This document shows, piece after piece, positions 24,959 through 37,724 of a DNA stretch of 64,000 nt. The position numbers and the translations under genes were made by a program. The stretch is from positions 21,576,001 through 21,640,000 of the forward strand of contig NW_025964372.1 of the NCBI RefSeq assembly GCF_023055435.1, given 5' to 3'. This stretch comes from Haliotis rufescens (Eukaryota). The notes beneath the pieces were generated by a model. That model worked only from the letters and a program-made list of their open reading frames with translations, searched no databases and had not been told where the DNA came from. Numbering within the stretch: position 1 is the first letter of the stretch; each line of letters opens with the position of its first letter.

Positions 24959-27007
24959 ATGATTTCTTTACGCATGCGTAGTCATAAACGGATGTTGCAT
25001 GTGCTTAGCAGACAACTTTTGACAAAGTTAACAATGTCGGGTGTGATTGCTAGGAGTTTCAGTTTTCGACTTATTCGTCGCATCTTAACAATTCGAGACA
25101 AACACATTGGTGATAATACGGCGTCAACAGTTTCAGGAATAGATAAAAACACAAACGCAGTCAATGACAGATGTGCAGTGAGGAGAAAAAGCGTGTGGAC
25201 ATTTTCTAATGAAACTAAGCCAAAATATTGTTCGTTTGGTTCTCGAATACCAGTAAATTTCTATTCCGAAGGTGACAATAAACACAAGGTCGTCGATAAA
25301 GAAAAGTCTCAAAATGTTGACAGTGTTGGGAAAATAGAACCGAAAATGCAGATTGCATACACATGTAAAGTTTGCAGCACACGGAACTTTCAAACATTCA
25401 CAAAACATAGTTATGAAAAAGGGGTTGTCATTGTCAAGTGCAAAGGCTGCAACAATCACCACCTAATAGCAGACAACCTTGGCTGGTTTCAAGATGGTGG
25501 AGCTAAGTATGTATTACCTGTATATTCATTGTTAGCACCTGTGGGCTAATCCAGTAGAGATATGTTACAAGTATGTATATATGTCCAACATGTCTATGTG
25601 GGTTGGGTTAAATGATGCTTTGAACTGTATTTCTGTTATATCATGGCATGCCAGCTTAATATGGGTGGAAAGCTCAAAGTGCTTCAGGTTCTAAATGTTA
25701 TAATTTGGTGAAGTCAACAAGCACTGGAATATGGTGCTGACAAACCAAGAAGCAAATATATAGTCAGGGCAAATCTGGGATTTAAACCAATAACCATAAG
25801 TTTCTGGCAGGTCTAAGGAATGCAACTCTGCACAGTGAATTGTGGCACCCTAGACAACTTGACCACCTGTGCCACCCAAATGAGTAGAAACAAAAGTCAG
25901 GAACTTCAGCATAGTTGAATATCTGCTGAATGTAGTCGGGTACAGATGTTAAAAGTATGTGAATCAGATGATAAGAGTGAATTGAGATCAGTACTGTTTT
26001 GTACTGTATTTCTGTTGTATGGTGACATATCACCTTAATGTGTGAGGAAAGCCTGAAGTGATTCAGGTCCTAGATTTTACCACTTTGGTGAAACCAACAA
26101 GCATGGGTATATGGTGCTGACAAACCAAGGAACAAATCTGGGATTTGAACCCATGATCATACTAGGTGTGTCAGGCCTGTGAATTTGCCAATCCTTAGAT
26201 CACTGAGCCACCCACACACCCCAGATGAGGAGAAACAAAAGTCTTGAACTTGGCATTGCTTTATATCTGCTGACCGTAGGCCTACACTAAATTGGATTCT
26301 GTGAATTCAAACTGCTTAGATATTTTTCAGTCTAGTTATAATATTATTTTCAAATGTGATAGGGATTATGAAGCAGACTAGGTTCCCAGTATCCAATGTG
26401 TTACATAAGAGCTGACTGCTGAGGAAGGAGTAGTTAGAAGGTGTGACATGACTGGAGTTTTGCTCATGCTATCAATCAATGGTATGCCTTGCCGATAACT
26501 GATTGCAGGATGGCAAGATACTGTTGGAATACTGCTGCCTGCAGCATCAGGTGGGGAGGGAGAGGTACTAAATATGCTATGCTTGCCTAACGAGATATCA
26601 GTATAAGGTGGTGACTTGGTTGATTGTATGACGGAGTGGAATGTTGCTCATCCTCTCAACCTCTGGTTCGTCTGGGCCCAGACAAACTTAGTTACAGTCC
26701 ACGATGGTGTAGGTGAAATATTGCTGACTGGTGTAAAACATCAAACCAAGGTATCCCCCGGTAAATGGCAGTGAATAAGTATTACATGCACATGATGCAG
26801 GATTATGTTATGTGGTACATTCATGGAATTTGACTTTCATGTAAGAGTTCTCTCCCTTGATCTGCAGCCATGGATTGCATTTTGAATTGATACTATGGTA
26901 TTTCTTTCAGAAATATTGAAGAAATTCTGGCAACAAAGGGAGAGAAAATTTCCAAAATTACAACTGGAGAGGATGGACAGTTGGAAATAGAAGGCAAAGA
27001 TGATTAA
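24959..27007 (+). CDS. DNLZ: DNL-type zinc finger protein (Hep1/Zim17, mtHsp70 escort), 2 exons, up to 214 aa
   Basis: Exons 24959-25506 and 26911-27007 (GT-AG, in frame). YTCKVCSTR...FTKHSYEKGVVIVKCKGCNNHHLIADNLGWF then KNIEEILATKGE. The true start may be a slightly later Met. Confidence 0.93.
25600..26225 (-). mobile_element. Two diverged family D SINE copies with duplicated flank in the DNLZ intron
   Basis: GGTGCTGACAAACC core occurs twice, each followed by ATGAG(T/G)AGAAACAAAAGTC, indicating a local tandem duplication. Confidence 0.6.
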
Positions 27008-27394
27008 TTTCTGTTCCTGTTGTCATGGTTATGTCAGCTTGCAAGAAACACAAGAACATTGTTTTTTATGAATTGGGAAGGATTGAGAGACAAGAGCTTT
27101 CCCAACATTGTGGAACTTTTTTTTACATAAAGTTGATTGTTAATGATATCTGAGTTGTTTCAAATGATTTGGATCCATGTTTATCAAGGGGTGTCAAGTT
27201 GTTGAAGATGAGACAAGCATGCTGAAGACCGACTTCAATCTCATTACTTAAAGTAGCATAAAATCATGCATGCATGCTCACTCACTCACTCACTCACATC
27301 AATCACATTTGAAAACATCCACATATACTACCAAAAAAGCTGAGGAAGGACCACCAGATTCTCTCATATAACTATAGTTACTCTCGTTACAGAT

Positions 27395-27560
27395 GAGTGA
27401 GTGAGTATGTTTTTTTTTCACCGCTTTTAGCAATATTCCAGCAATATCACGGCGGGGTTCACCAGAAATGGGCTTCAAACATTGTACCCATGTCGGGAAT
27501 CGAACCCGTCTTCGGTGTGACGAGCGAACGCTTTAACCACTAGGCTACCTGACCGCCCCG
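27395..27560 (-). mobile_element. SINE family A
   Basis: Near-consensus reverse copy with TSD GT(T/A)ACAGATGA. Confidence 0.85.
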
Positions 27561-28204
27561 TAACAGATGAACTAAAGTAATATGAAACAATTGGGAAGTC
27601 CTTATCTATTTATTAGTATTTATGATTTTTATACACTTTAGTTATTAAAACACATCTCCTTATAATTAATTGACATCATGAGCATCGATCTGCGCAACTG
27701 GAATATGATTACATGCAATCGACCAAGTCACCAACCGATATTTAGTCTCCTTTTACGAGAAGCATAGGTCCTGGGAAATTTCCACGGGTTATTTCATTTA
27801 TGTCATGGAAGCATAAATACATGGCATGCTACAGTTAAAACTCAGATTTTCTTTATCAGTCAGATGTTTAATACTCAAAATTTGCAGTGTTGTGTGCAGC
27901 TGTTGTACGAATAGGATGCGACCTGACGCATGTTCAGCTTTTATAATAAACAAAAGTAAATATTTATATACGCTGTTGTCTCACGACTTCGTAAGAGTCA
28001 GCAAGCACAGTATCCCTATCTGGGGTATTGTTTAGACTCAAGGATTGGAGTCAACTTGGGAGAGAAGTGAGCCCTATATGCAACGACGATTATCTTCTTC
28101 CCTTTCAATGTCTCAACATCCGCTGTTTAAACTATCCAATACCCATTGCGATATAACGGAAATGTTATAAAACTTCGCACGCACGCACGGACGGACGGTC
28201 TCAA

Positions 28205-28455
28205 GACCCGTGAAGATCCGGGGTAGAATAGGTCTTCAGCAACCCATGCTTGCCGTAAAAGGCGACTTTGCTTTTCGTAAGAGGCGACTAACTGGATAGG
28301 GTGGTCAGGCTCGCTGACTTGGTTGATGCACGTCATCGTATCGATGCTCATGATATAAATCACTGGATTATCTGGTCCAGACTCGATTATTTCCAGACCG
28401 CTGTCATATAGCTGGAATATTGCTGAGTGTGGCGCTAAACAACAAACAAACAAAA
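28205..28455 (+). mobile_element. SINE family B
   Basis: GACCCGTGAAGATCCGGGGTAGAATAGG head through to an AAAC-repeat tail. Confidence 0.85.
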
Positions 28456-28681
28456 AGTATATTTCAAATGACCATACGATACAGTTAACCGTGTTTATCA
28501 TGTTCGATTTGCTTAAAACCAAAATCAGCCAATCTGCTTATCGTTCTTCATCAACACGTGTTTGCTGATAAAACTAAATCAAATAAGACAAGTATGTGAC
28601 GGGTCCAAATTAATTTCCCCTTGGTGCGAAGACCAACTGTGAGTAATCAGACGCAAGGTGCTGCTCGCATATCCACGCGAG

Positions 28682-28689
28682 TATATAAG
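28682..28689 (+). promoter_or_regulatory. TATA box of the small C-type lectin gene
   Basis: TATATAAG about 50 bp upstream of the ATG at 28732. Confidence 0.55.
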
Positions 28690-28731
28690 AAGAAAGATGA
28701 CTTAGTACACCACCGCTCCACACCAGACAAC

Positions 28732-29627
28732 ATGATCGCCGCCCTCGTCCTCGCTGTCGTCGTCGCAGTTGCTCAAGGTAATGGATTCACGTAAAGGACG
28801 AGATGTGGGTCTGCATAATTTCAGAATTATGGAAACCTTGAAATCGGTTTACATTTTTATATATGTTCATTTGAATGAGAACTAGACTTCGTTTATTTCA
28901 ACAATTGCATGTTTTGGACTTGTGATAACACTGATGTTTTAGTAAGGATGAAACGCGTCAAAAGTCTGATTTGACCAAAGCAGATTTTCTTAGGATTTGT
29001 TCGTTTGTTGTTTAACCCCGCACTCAGCAATATTCCAGCTATTTGTTTGCTGTCTGTAAATAATCGTGTCTGGTCCTGATAATCTTGCATCGACCCCCGC
29101 AATTGGGATACGATGACATGCATCAACCAAGTCAGCAAGCCTGACTACCCGATCCCGTTAGTCGCCTCTTACCACCATCATGGGTTGGTGAAGACAATTC
29201 TAATCCGGATCTTCACGGGTCGATTTTCATAGCAGATGTAGTTACAAAAAGTACAGACATATGGTAAAATGTCTTCGTGGGTCATTGACTTGCTCAGTCT
29301 TGGATTTTCATTTGAAGTTCGAAAAGCCTGTGTAACTCATTTTAACTGTACTCATGTTCAGTTGTGTCAGACGTGGAAGTACCGCATCCGTGGTCTAGTG
29401 GTAGAGCGTCTGCCCGGAGAGTGGAAGGTCCGGGGTTCGACCTTCGGCCGGGTCATACCAACAGACGTTAATAGATGGTATTTGTTTTTACCCTGCCTGG
29501 CGGTCGTCATTGAGGGGCTAAAAAACAAGGACTGGTCGGCTCGAAGTCATTGGGTATTCGCTAAAATGCAGCATGGTAAAATCGACCTAAGTCCGGACTA
29601 GTACAAGCACGCACGCATGCACGCACG

Positions 29628-29670
<43 letters not shown>

Positions 29671-31090
29671 AAACGGGGTAGGGTGGTCAGGCTCGCTGAC
29701 TTGGTTGATGCATGTCATCGTATCCCAATTGCGTGGATCGATGCTCATGATATCAATCACTGGATTTTCTGGTCCAGACTCGATTATTTACAGATCGCCG
29801 CCAAATAGCTGGAATATTGCTGAGCGCGGCGTTAAATAACAAACCAACCAACAAACCAACCAACATACCAACCAACCATTACTAGCGGGCCCGTATCCTA
29901 CCTTGTCTTTATACATATGGGGGTTTATAAAGAAGATTGATGCCTATCTGGACCTATAGCTATGCCCCAACATTAGGCTACCCATATGAATTCGAACCGT
30001 GTCCCTGGTGTAGAGTGGATGGAGCTCGACATAATGAAAGTTCATATTATTTTCTAGCGTTCGCTTGTCACGCCGAAGACCCGGGTTCGATTCCCGACAT
30101 GGGTACATTGTGTGAAGCCCATTTCTGGTGTCCCCCGCACTGATATTGCTGGAATATTGCTAAAAGCGGCGTAAAACCATACTCACTCACTCATATTACT
30201 TTCTAGTGGTCTTATTTAGCTCACAATCCAATCTCCAATTGAAGGATATTTGTCTGTGTCAGTCTCACTCCGTACAATAATATCATGGGGAAGGTCAATA
30301 TTCCATATTTGACGTATGCATTATAGACCTTTATACCGTATTTATACTAATGTATGCACGATTTCATATATACTGTTTTCATGGTTATAGTTTGCCATAT
30401 TAAGCGCATTAAGATAGACAGGAGCCCAGTCAAGCATATGGTATCATCGAAGTAAGATGATTGCGAATCTGTCTGTTGCATGTTCATCCAGCTCTCCTTT
30501 AGTATAAATACCGGGTATTATTCTTCACAAACTATATCTAAACCTGCTATGTTTCTGAAAATGTAGGTTGTTGGATTTTAATGTATCGTTTTTCTGAAAA
30601 TTATTTCAGGCTGCCCAGACAGATATTCAAGTGTTGGAACAATGTGCGTGCACCCGCATCGCATACAGTCGACATATGCTGAAGCTTACGTAAGTGGGCG
30701 TGGAATTTGTAATCAGGAACATGGGACACGGAGTAAAATATCAGTTATAATATACATGTATAAATGCCGACTCTACTATTTAAACCACCACACGTAGTCC
30801 AGTGGATGGCTTTGTGCCCAGATAACACCGTAAAATGCTTAACATTCCTATCGAAATAGACATAAAATGCCAAATTGAAAATAGAGAATTTAAAGGTTTA
30901 TATATGAAGAAAAGTGGTTTAAGCATTCGTTCGTTACGCCGAAGACCCGGGTTCGATTCCCGACATGGATACAATGTGTGAAGCCCATTTCTGTCCCCCG
31001 CCGCGATATTGCTGGAATATTGCTAATAGCGGCGTAAAAGCATACTCACTTACTCCCCCGTGGACTGGGAATGAAAATTATAAAATAATA

Positions 31091-31126
<36 letters not shown>

Positions 31127-33841
31127 GATGTACTTGCTCCTTTCAATGCGGTTTCACTTAAGATGTGAACGTCGATATGATTAAAATACTGTTTGAAGTT
31201 CGATCACTCATATACTTTGTATATTGAACGAGACAAGCTGAGGATCATTTTTAGAATATTTTTAGGATTTTTCTTTATGAAATTGCGTGCTCAGTTTTCA
31301 CTAAAAATAAAACATCACCAAAAATATTAATGATCCCTAACTTTCTTTGTTTGAGATATTAATTGTTCAAGACCTAAAATTAAGTCTATTATTCCCGTGG
31401 TTGTTACACGGTGAAACACCCCTATCCGGGCAGTACCAACGTCGTCCAGATAACTAATCATTGCAACGTAGTCTACATTTGCAGGTATGGAGACTCTCAA
31501 AGCATCCACCGTTCTATATAAGAGGGTTTCATGTTGATCATTTGAACAAAGGGGTTAAGGGTGGCCTTGTCGTCTAAGGCGCCGCGATTCGCTGTGCAGA
31601 GTGGCGTCCCTTGGGCACGCCAGAAACCTATGATTGTGGGTTCGAATCCCGGTTCGCCCCGATCATGTTTCTAGGTTTGTCAGCACCATACCCGTGCTCG
31701 TTGGTTTCACCGAAGTGGTAAACGTCTGAGACCTGCATCACTTCGGTCTTTCTTCCCATATTAAGCTGACACGTCGCGTTATAACTGGAATACTGTTAAA
31801 AGCGGTGTTAAACCAAACTCCCCCTTTGAACAAACCTGCCTGGCAAAAAGAAAGTATACACTTGATTTGACCAAAACTTACAAACGTCATCAAAGCGTTA
31901 CTTGGCTGAATACAGTCGCCGAAACACAAATATGGTATCAGATACATCACCATCGAATGTCCATTTCTTATTTGTTTCATTTTGAGTCGCCATCAAACTT
32001 TTCCTTTCCCCCCTGATATAATTCACCTTATCAATGAAGGTATAACTAATGCAATATAATACACTTGCAGTGCGGTAGCATAGTGGGTAAAGTGTTCGTT
32101 TGTCAGCCAAAAATCCTTGTTCAACTCCTTACATAGTGTTAAGCCGTGGTATTTCCAAAATATCTATGACTTTGTATTCATGACTCAATTATATATATAT
32201 TGTTTTCGACGCTATATGGCTGAAATAATACCGATGCGACGCCAAATTTTAATTCACTCATTCACTCAAAAACATCCATACTCCATACTCACTCACTCTT
32301 TTCTTTGCAGAGCCTCTGCCGTTTAATGAGGAGCCAGGTGGCTGCCCCTACCACAGACGCCGATAAGCTCGCTCTGTCCACATTCCTCCAAACATTGAAC
32401 CTTAATGGTAGGCTGGAGAACATTTTATCTCTCGACCAACTATTTACAAACACAAAACTCAGTCGTCTGAGGCGCCGCAATTAGCTGTGCAGAGTTGCGT
32501 CCCTTACGCTACCCACCCACTTTCGCGACGTTGGCCGCGATATATCACGATGTTAAGCTCGTGTGAAAGATCGTTAGACACGATGTGAGTACGATGTCTT
32601 CTCGATAGACACGATGTGAGTACGATGTCTTCACGATAGACACGATGTGAGAACGATGTCTTCACGATAGACACGATGTGAGTACGATGTCTTCACGATA
32701 GACACGATGTGAGTACGATGTTTTCACGATAGACACGATGTGAGTACGATGTTTTCACGATAGACACGATGTGAGTACGATGTCTTCACGATAGACACGA
32801 TGTGAGTACGATGTTTTCACGATAGACACGATGTGAGTACGATGTTTTCACGATAGACACGATGTGAGTGCGATGTTTTCACGATAGACACGATGTGAGT
32901 ACGATGTTTTCACGATAGACACGATGTGAGTACGATGTTTTCACGATAGACACGATGTGAGTACGATTTATACGAGCACAACACGTTTTAATTTTCATGG
33001 TGAAGAGCAAACTGCGTCCTTGTCACGAGCATCATACGATGTTTATACGAGCTGGACCCGTAGTACGAGCTAGCTGAATACGAGCTTATCGCGAGTGCGC
33101 TACGATATGATCACGTGGGGACGCACAGTTGACGCAAGATCATCATGAGTATGAATACGGGTCGCGTCACCAACACAGAGCCAGGACCAGTCCGAGGACC
33201 AACTCTCTACCCTCAGTCCCAGTTTGAAGAGATTACCCACACCCACACCCTAACCCACACCCACACCCTCACCCATACAGAGCCAGGACCAGTCCGAGGA
33301 CCAACTCTCTACCCTCAGTCCCAGTTTGAAGAGATTACCCACACCCACACCCTAACCCACACCCTCACCCATACAGAGCCAGGTCCAGTCCGAGGACCAA
33401 CTCTCTACCCTCAGTCCCAGTTTGAAGAGATTACCCACACCCACACCCACACCCACACCCTCACCCTCACCCACACCCACTTCCACACCCTCACCAACGC
33501 CCTAACCCACACCCACACCCTCACCCACACTCACACCAACACCCACACCCGCACTCTCACCCACACCCACACCCACACCAACACCCACACCCACACCAAC
33601 ACCCACACCCACACCCATACAGAGCCAGGACCAGTCCTCTACCCACAGTCCCGGTTTGAAGAGAATACCCACACCCTCACCCACACCCACACCCACACCC
33701 ACACCCGCACCCGCACCCGCACCCTCACCCACACCCACACCCTCACCCTCACCCACACCCACACCCACACCCATGCAGAGCCAGTACCAGTCCTCTACCC
33801 ACAGTCCCGGTTTGAAGAGATTACCCACACCCACACCCGCT

Positions 33842-33878
<37 letters not shown>

Positions 33879-35709
33879 CCACACCCACACCAACACCCAC
33901 ACCAACACCAACACCCACACAGAGCCAGGACTCTGGAAGTTCTGGAACCCTGTCCTGTCTTCTCGTGCCAGCTTCTGCAGGAGGGGTAGAACCTGTGCCA
34001 AAATCAGATCTTAGTTCTGGCTATCGCTAAACAAAGATCTGAGGGTATCACATTACGGGTCACGTCAGAACGACCTTTCATCCGACCAATCAAAGCGTCG
34101 CTTACCAGATCATGAAAGTAACAGTCGGAATGTGTTTTCTAATCATGCAAAACCTCGAAAACGTTAAAACGGGGTATTCCGAACGACAGTTACGGCCCGT
34201 ACGACTGATTCCGTCAAAGTTATCGTCTGTCTCTCGCTTCCGTGGGATAAATATTTGAACGGAGGAGGCGTTGCACAGTACGCGAGAAGCACTGCCAAAC
34301 AATCGCAACCATAATTATATTAGACATTCCGGAATGTTCGTTTGCTCAGTTTTCAAAATTTCAATCGAGAACTGTGTCAACATTTTTCAAGCGTAGTCTG
34401 AAATGGAAGTAGCTAGGCTGCTTTCTCATTGGCTTATCGACTTCTTGTCCTTCGTTTCAGCTTTCTGTCAAAGTTCACGAAAGGTCGTTCTGACGCGACT
34501 CGTAATGGGATGCCTTCAGATCTTTGTTTAGCGGCAGCGAAAACTTAGATCTGATTTTAATGAGAAGTCTTCTTCCCTTCGCTTAGGTCTCCACATACCG
34601 TCTGTACTGGAATTCAGATGACATGTTGCTGCCGTAAGCACTGTGTTGTTTGTGCTGCGAATACCAGTAAAACGCCCCCAAATTAGGTCCTATTCCGGTT
34701 TCGGTTTAGACTTGTTGACATCGTGACATTCGTCACCACTCGCCCCTTTCCGTAACCTGCAAGAAGACGAGTCGCTATTCGGCTTGTGTCGGAATAACAC
34801 GAGTTGGTAACGAATGGACATCGTGATAAACTCGTGGAGATCGTGTCATGTCGTGGGAAGCTCGTAACTAACTCGTACACAACCCGTATTCAACTAGTCC
34901 AGTCCATCATCGGTGTGATTTCGTAGTGACATCGCACTGACATCGTAGTAAACTCGTGTTATATTCGTAGTAAGCTCGTGGTGTGCTCGTATGACTCCGT
35001 GTTAGTGTCGAGTGTCGACATCGCAATATACACATCATACACATCGTAATATATCGCGGTCAACATCGCGAAAGCGGGCTGGTAGCCAGGCGTGCCTGAA
35101 TCTTTGGTCGAGTGATCGCATCCTTGATTCGGTCTGATTATAATTCTTGGTTTGTCATCACTTAAACAGGAAACGTCAACCATTCGGACCATCTTCACCG
35201 GATTCCTATTGACGTAAAGTTATCAATCTGTGACGTCATGAACAATAGATGACCTCATATCGTACTTTCTAAAAAACATTCGGCACCTCATTTCGCTTAA
35301 ACTAATCAATCAGACGCAAATAGTTAAATGCACGTGCAGATATCGGAAAGTTGTTTCAGTCCCTCCTTCTAACCTATATTCTCTAAATATTCCCCGGGAC
35401 GGTCGGGTAGCCTAGTGTTTAAAGCGTTCGCTCGTCACGCCGAACACCCGGGTTCGATTCCCGACATGGGTACAATGTGTAAAACCCATTTCTGGTGTCC
35501 CCTGCCGTGATATTGCTCGAACATTGCTAAAAGCGGCATAAAACCATACTGACTCACTAGATATTCTCCAAATATTTATTTCAGACAGCTTCTACGTCAA
35601 AGGTTCAGCCGGCCTAGGTCTTTGCAGTATCTTCGTCAAAGGAGAAGGGTATGAACAACAGTCAACCAAGTGTGAGAACGCCAATTACTTTGTTTGCCAG
35701 AAAAGTTGA
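28732..35709 (+). CDS. Secreted miniature C-type lectin domain protein, 4 exons, 115 aa
   Basis: Exons 28732-28777 (signal [16 protein letters not shown]), 30610-30689 ([26 protein letters not shown]), 32311-32407 ([32 protein letters not shown]) and 35585-35709 ([41 protein letters not shown]). GT-AG, 348 nt, six Cys, AATAAA at 35717. Confidence 0.85.
28995..29222 (-). mobile_element. SINE family B
   Basis: Reverse copy ending CCGGATCTTCACGGGTC. Confidence 0.8.
29380..29880 (+). mobile_element. Family C SINE with a (CA)n microsatellite, followed by the 3' part of a family B SINE
   Basis: Consensus matches; (CA)n at about 29632-29668. Confidence 0.75.
31555..31822 (+). mobile_element. SINE family D
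   Basis: Near-identical to 44582-44865. Confidence 0.85.
32575..32967. repeat. 30-bp minisatellite (TAGACACGATGTGAGTACGATGT[C/T]TTCACGA), about 13 copies
   Basis: Directly visible. Confidence 0.95.
33172..33935. repeat. Compound repeat: CAGAGCCAGGACCAGTCC...GAAGAGATTA modules alternating with (CACACC)n hexamers
   Basis: Five modules separated by variable hexamer tracts; these give the low-complexity TH, PT and GV ORFs in the track. Confidence 0.9.
33999..34565. mobile_element. Second copy of the AAAATCAGATCT-TIR MITE, nested in the composite transposon
   Basis: Both TIRs are homologous to 12672-13177. Confidence 0.8.
35396..35558 (+). mobile_element. SINE family A
   Basis: TSD ATATTCTC(T/C)AAATATT. 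Confidence 0.85.
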
Positions 35710-35949
35710 ACTTTCAAATAAAGAATAAACAAATAATAATATACTCTTCGTACTGTGTTGTCTGCATCGATTGTACATTGTTTCACACCCATGGAGATCC
35801 GGGGTTGAATAGGTCTTCAGCTACCCATGTACCCATGCTTGCTGTAAAGAGGCGACTAATGGGATTTGGCTGTCAGTCTCGCTGACTTGGTTAATGCATG
35901 TCATGTATCCCAATTGCATGAATTGATGTTCATGATGTCAATCACTGGG

Positions 35950-37724
35950 TTGTCTGGTCCAGACTCGATTATTTACAGACCGCCGTCGTATAGCTGGAAT
36001 ATTGAGTTCGGCGTTTAACAGCAAAATAACAAACATTGTTCAAGCTTGAGAGCAGAGTCATTCAGTGACCTACATTTGCGTGAAGTCACCTAAATTTTCA
36101 TTTGACTTGTGTATAAAAAGGATTGTGACGGGGACTTCGATATTCCGTCAACCCAAATTCTGGCACCCGGTTTTTTTACATTAAATTTCTTATTTACCAT
36201 TTAAACAGACAATCACGCAACGAAAGTTGGTTATTGAGGAGAAAAGACTACTGTGTTTTGAAATTTGATATAGTCCCACTGTAGTGTAGATCTATACCTC
36301 TTGCTTTAATTCGGCACCGCTTTAGCTCGAGGTTACAATTGTATAAATAAGAGGTATCTACTCTACTGTGGGACGACATCAAATTTCAAAACACAGTAGG
36401 TTTATCTCCATTCTGTCACGACGGCAAGAGCGCTTTGAAAACGGTGCTCTCTTGCAAGGCGTTACAACACAGGGTACAAAGGTCCTATCTTAGAACACTC
36501 TGAAAAGGGGTCATGAGTAGTTATATATACAACAAATATCACTAAAGTTCAACTTTAAAATACTCATAGTCTTAACTAGTTTAAAATAAGTGTTAAAAAC
36601 ACATAATTTTTTTCAAAAGGAAGTTGACAAATAAACCTCCAAACTTAGTCCAAAGATATGTTTTAACTTCATTGCAACCTGCTGTGCACTGTTTAGATTT
36701 TACAAGTCACATCTTGAAAATCAGCGCGACAAGCCATTTCTTGGAAATCGAGTATGCCATTTCCCTTTGAAGGTGTGAAAGGTTGTAGATAGAGTTTAAA
36801 AAATGATGAAGCGAATATATTTCTCAAAAAACGTTATGAATTAACATTCTACTATTTATTTTACAGTGTAAGTCTTATTAGGTACTTAGCAATTACCCCG
36901 AGTAAATAATAAACAAATCAAAATATATGCCTCTCCATCCCGAACTTGGATGTGGCAGAACATGACCTACATGACGGTTACTGACTACTCACAACTGTCA
37001 ATGGCTGCCAATGTTGTTGTTTACATTCTCACGCCTCAGACATGTTACAGGAAGAAACATGACAACCCCTATCAATGGTGTGGTTCAACATTAACCTGTA
37101 GATTAACTGGGAATGAGCCTGCTGGTACTACACAATTTATCAATTTACCAACTGGAGTATGACTGATTACAAAATGGTTTGTAAAATTTATCTTGTCATG
37201 AATTAAAAAAAAATCAAACTCTTCCGGATAATGTTATATTTTACTTTCATTGTCGGTTGTTTCAATGAGGAAAGTGCGTGTTCCAAGTCTGTTCACCATC
37301 AAACATCTCCCTAACAGTTTCATAAACATTTCATTTGTATGCAAAAGATATTCATGCTTACCAAAATCTTGTAATCTCATCATCGAAGCAGTCAGATTTA
37401 CAGCCTAGAACATCTTATTGTCGACAAAAACATCCAATATCAAACTACCGTATTTCCTCTATTAGACGCTAGACTCTCTATTTATTTCACGAGAGTCGTT
37501 GACCCAGCGTGTATTAGAGACCTGGCTTGTATTAGAGACCCATCGAGTAACAGAGGAAATATCGATACGTTTTACAGTTCTTGTGGGTGATTGATCGGCA
37601 GCCAATTTTTATGAATCGATATGTAGGCTATCGATGTATACATACTCACTTTTTTGTGTGAAAAGACTTAATGTATTTAAAAGGAGTTTCCTTAGCAAAA
37701 GGGAAACCTCTTTTTAACCAATCA
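35950..37724 (+). repeat. Left arm of a large inverted duplication
   Basis: Reverse complement of 39659-41192; the ORF track shows the same peptide at 36950(+) and 40447(-). Confidence 0.92.

Larger units (their letters stand above)
32508..35086. mobile_element. Composite TIR DNA transposon relic in intron 3 of the small lectin
   Basis: Left end GCTACCCACCCACTTTCGCGACGTTGGCCGCGATATAT; right end (reverse complement) GCTACCAGCCCGCTTTCGCGATGTTGACCGCGATATAT. Subterminal ACGA-rich versus TCGT-rich strand asymmetry. Confidence 0.75.

Noticed and set aside
31088-31126. Poly-Ile ORF
   Set aside because: (ATT)n microsatellite.
32575-32967. CRISPR-like array
   Set aside because: There are no unique spacers, the repeats are head-to-tail, and the context is eukaryotic.
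33145-34030. Long TH-, PT- and GV-repeat ORFs as a mucin-like gene
   Set aside because: Hexamer repeats are open in several frames on both strands, lie inside a TIR element within an intron, and show no signal peptide or splice support.
36950-37162. Duplicated ORF (also 40181-40447) as a conserved gene
   Set aside because: The similarity is explained by the inverted duplication; no recognisable domain or splice structure.
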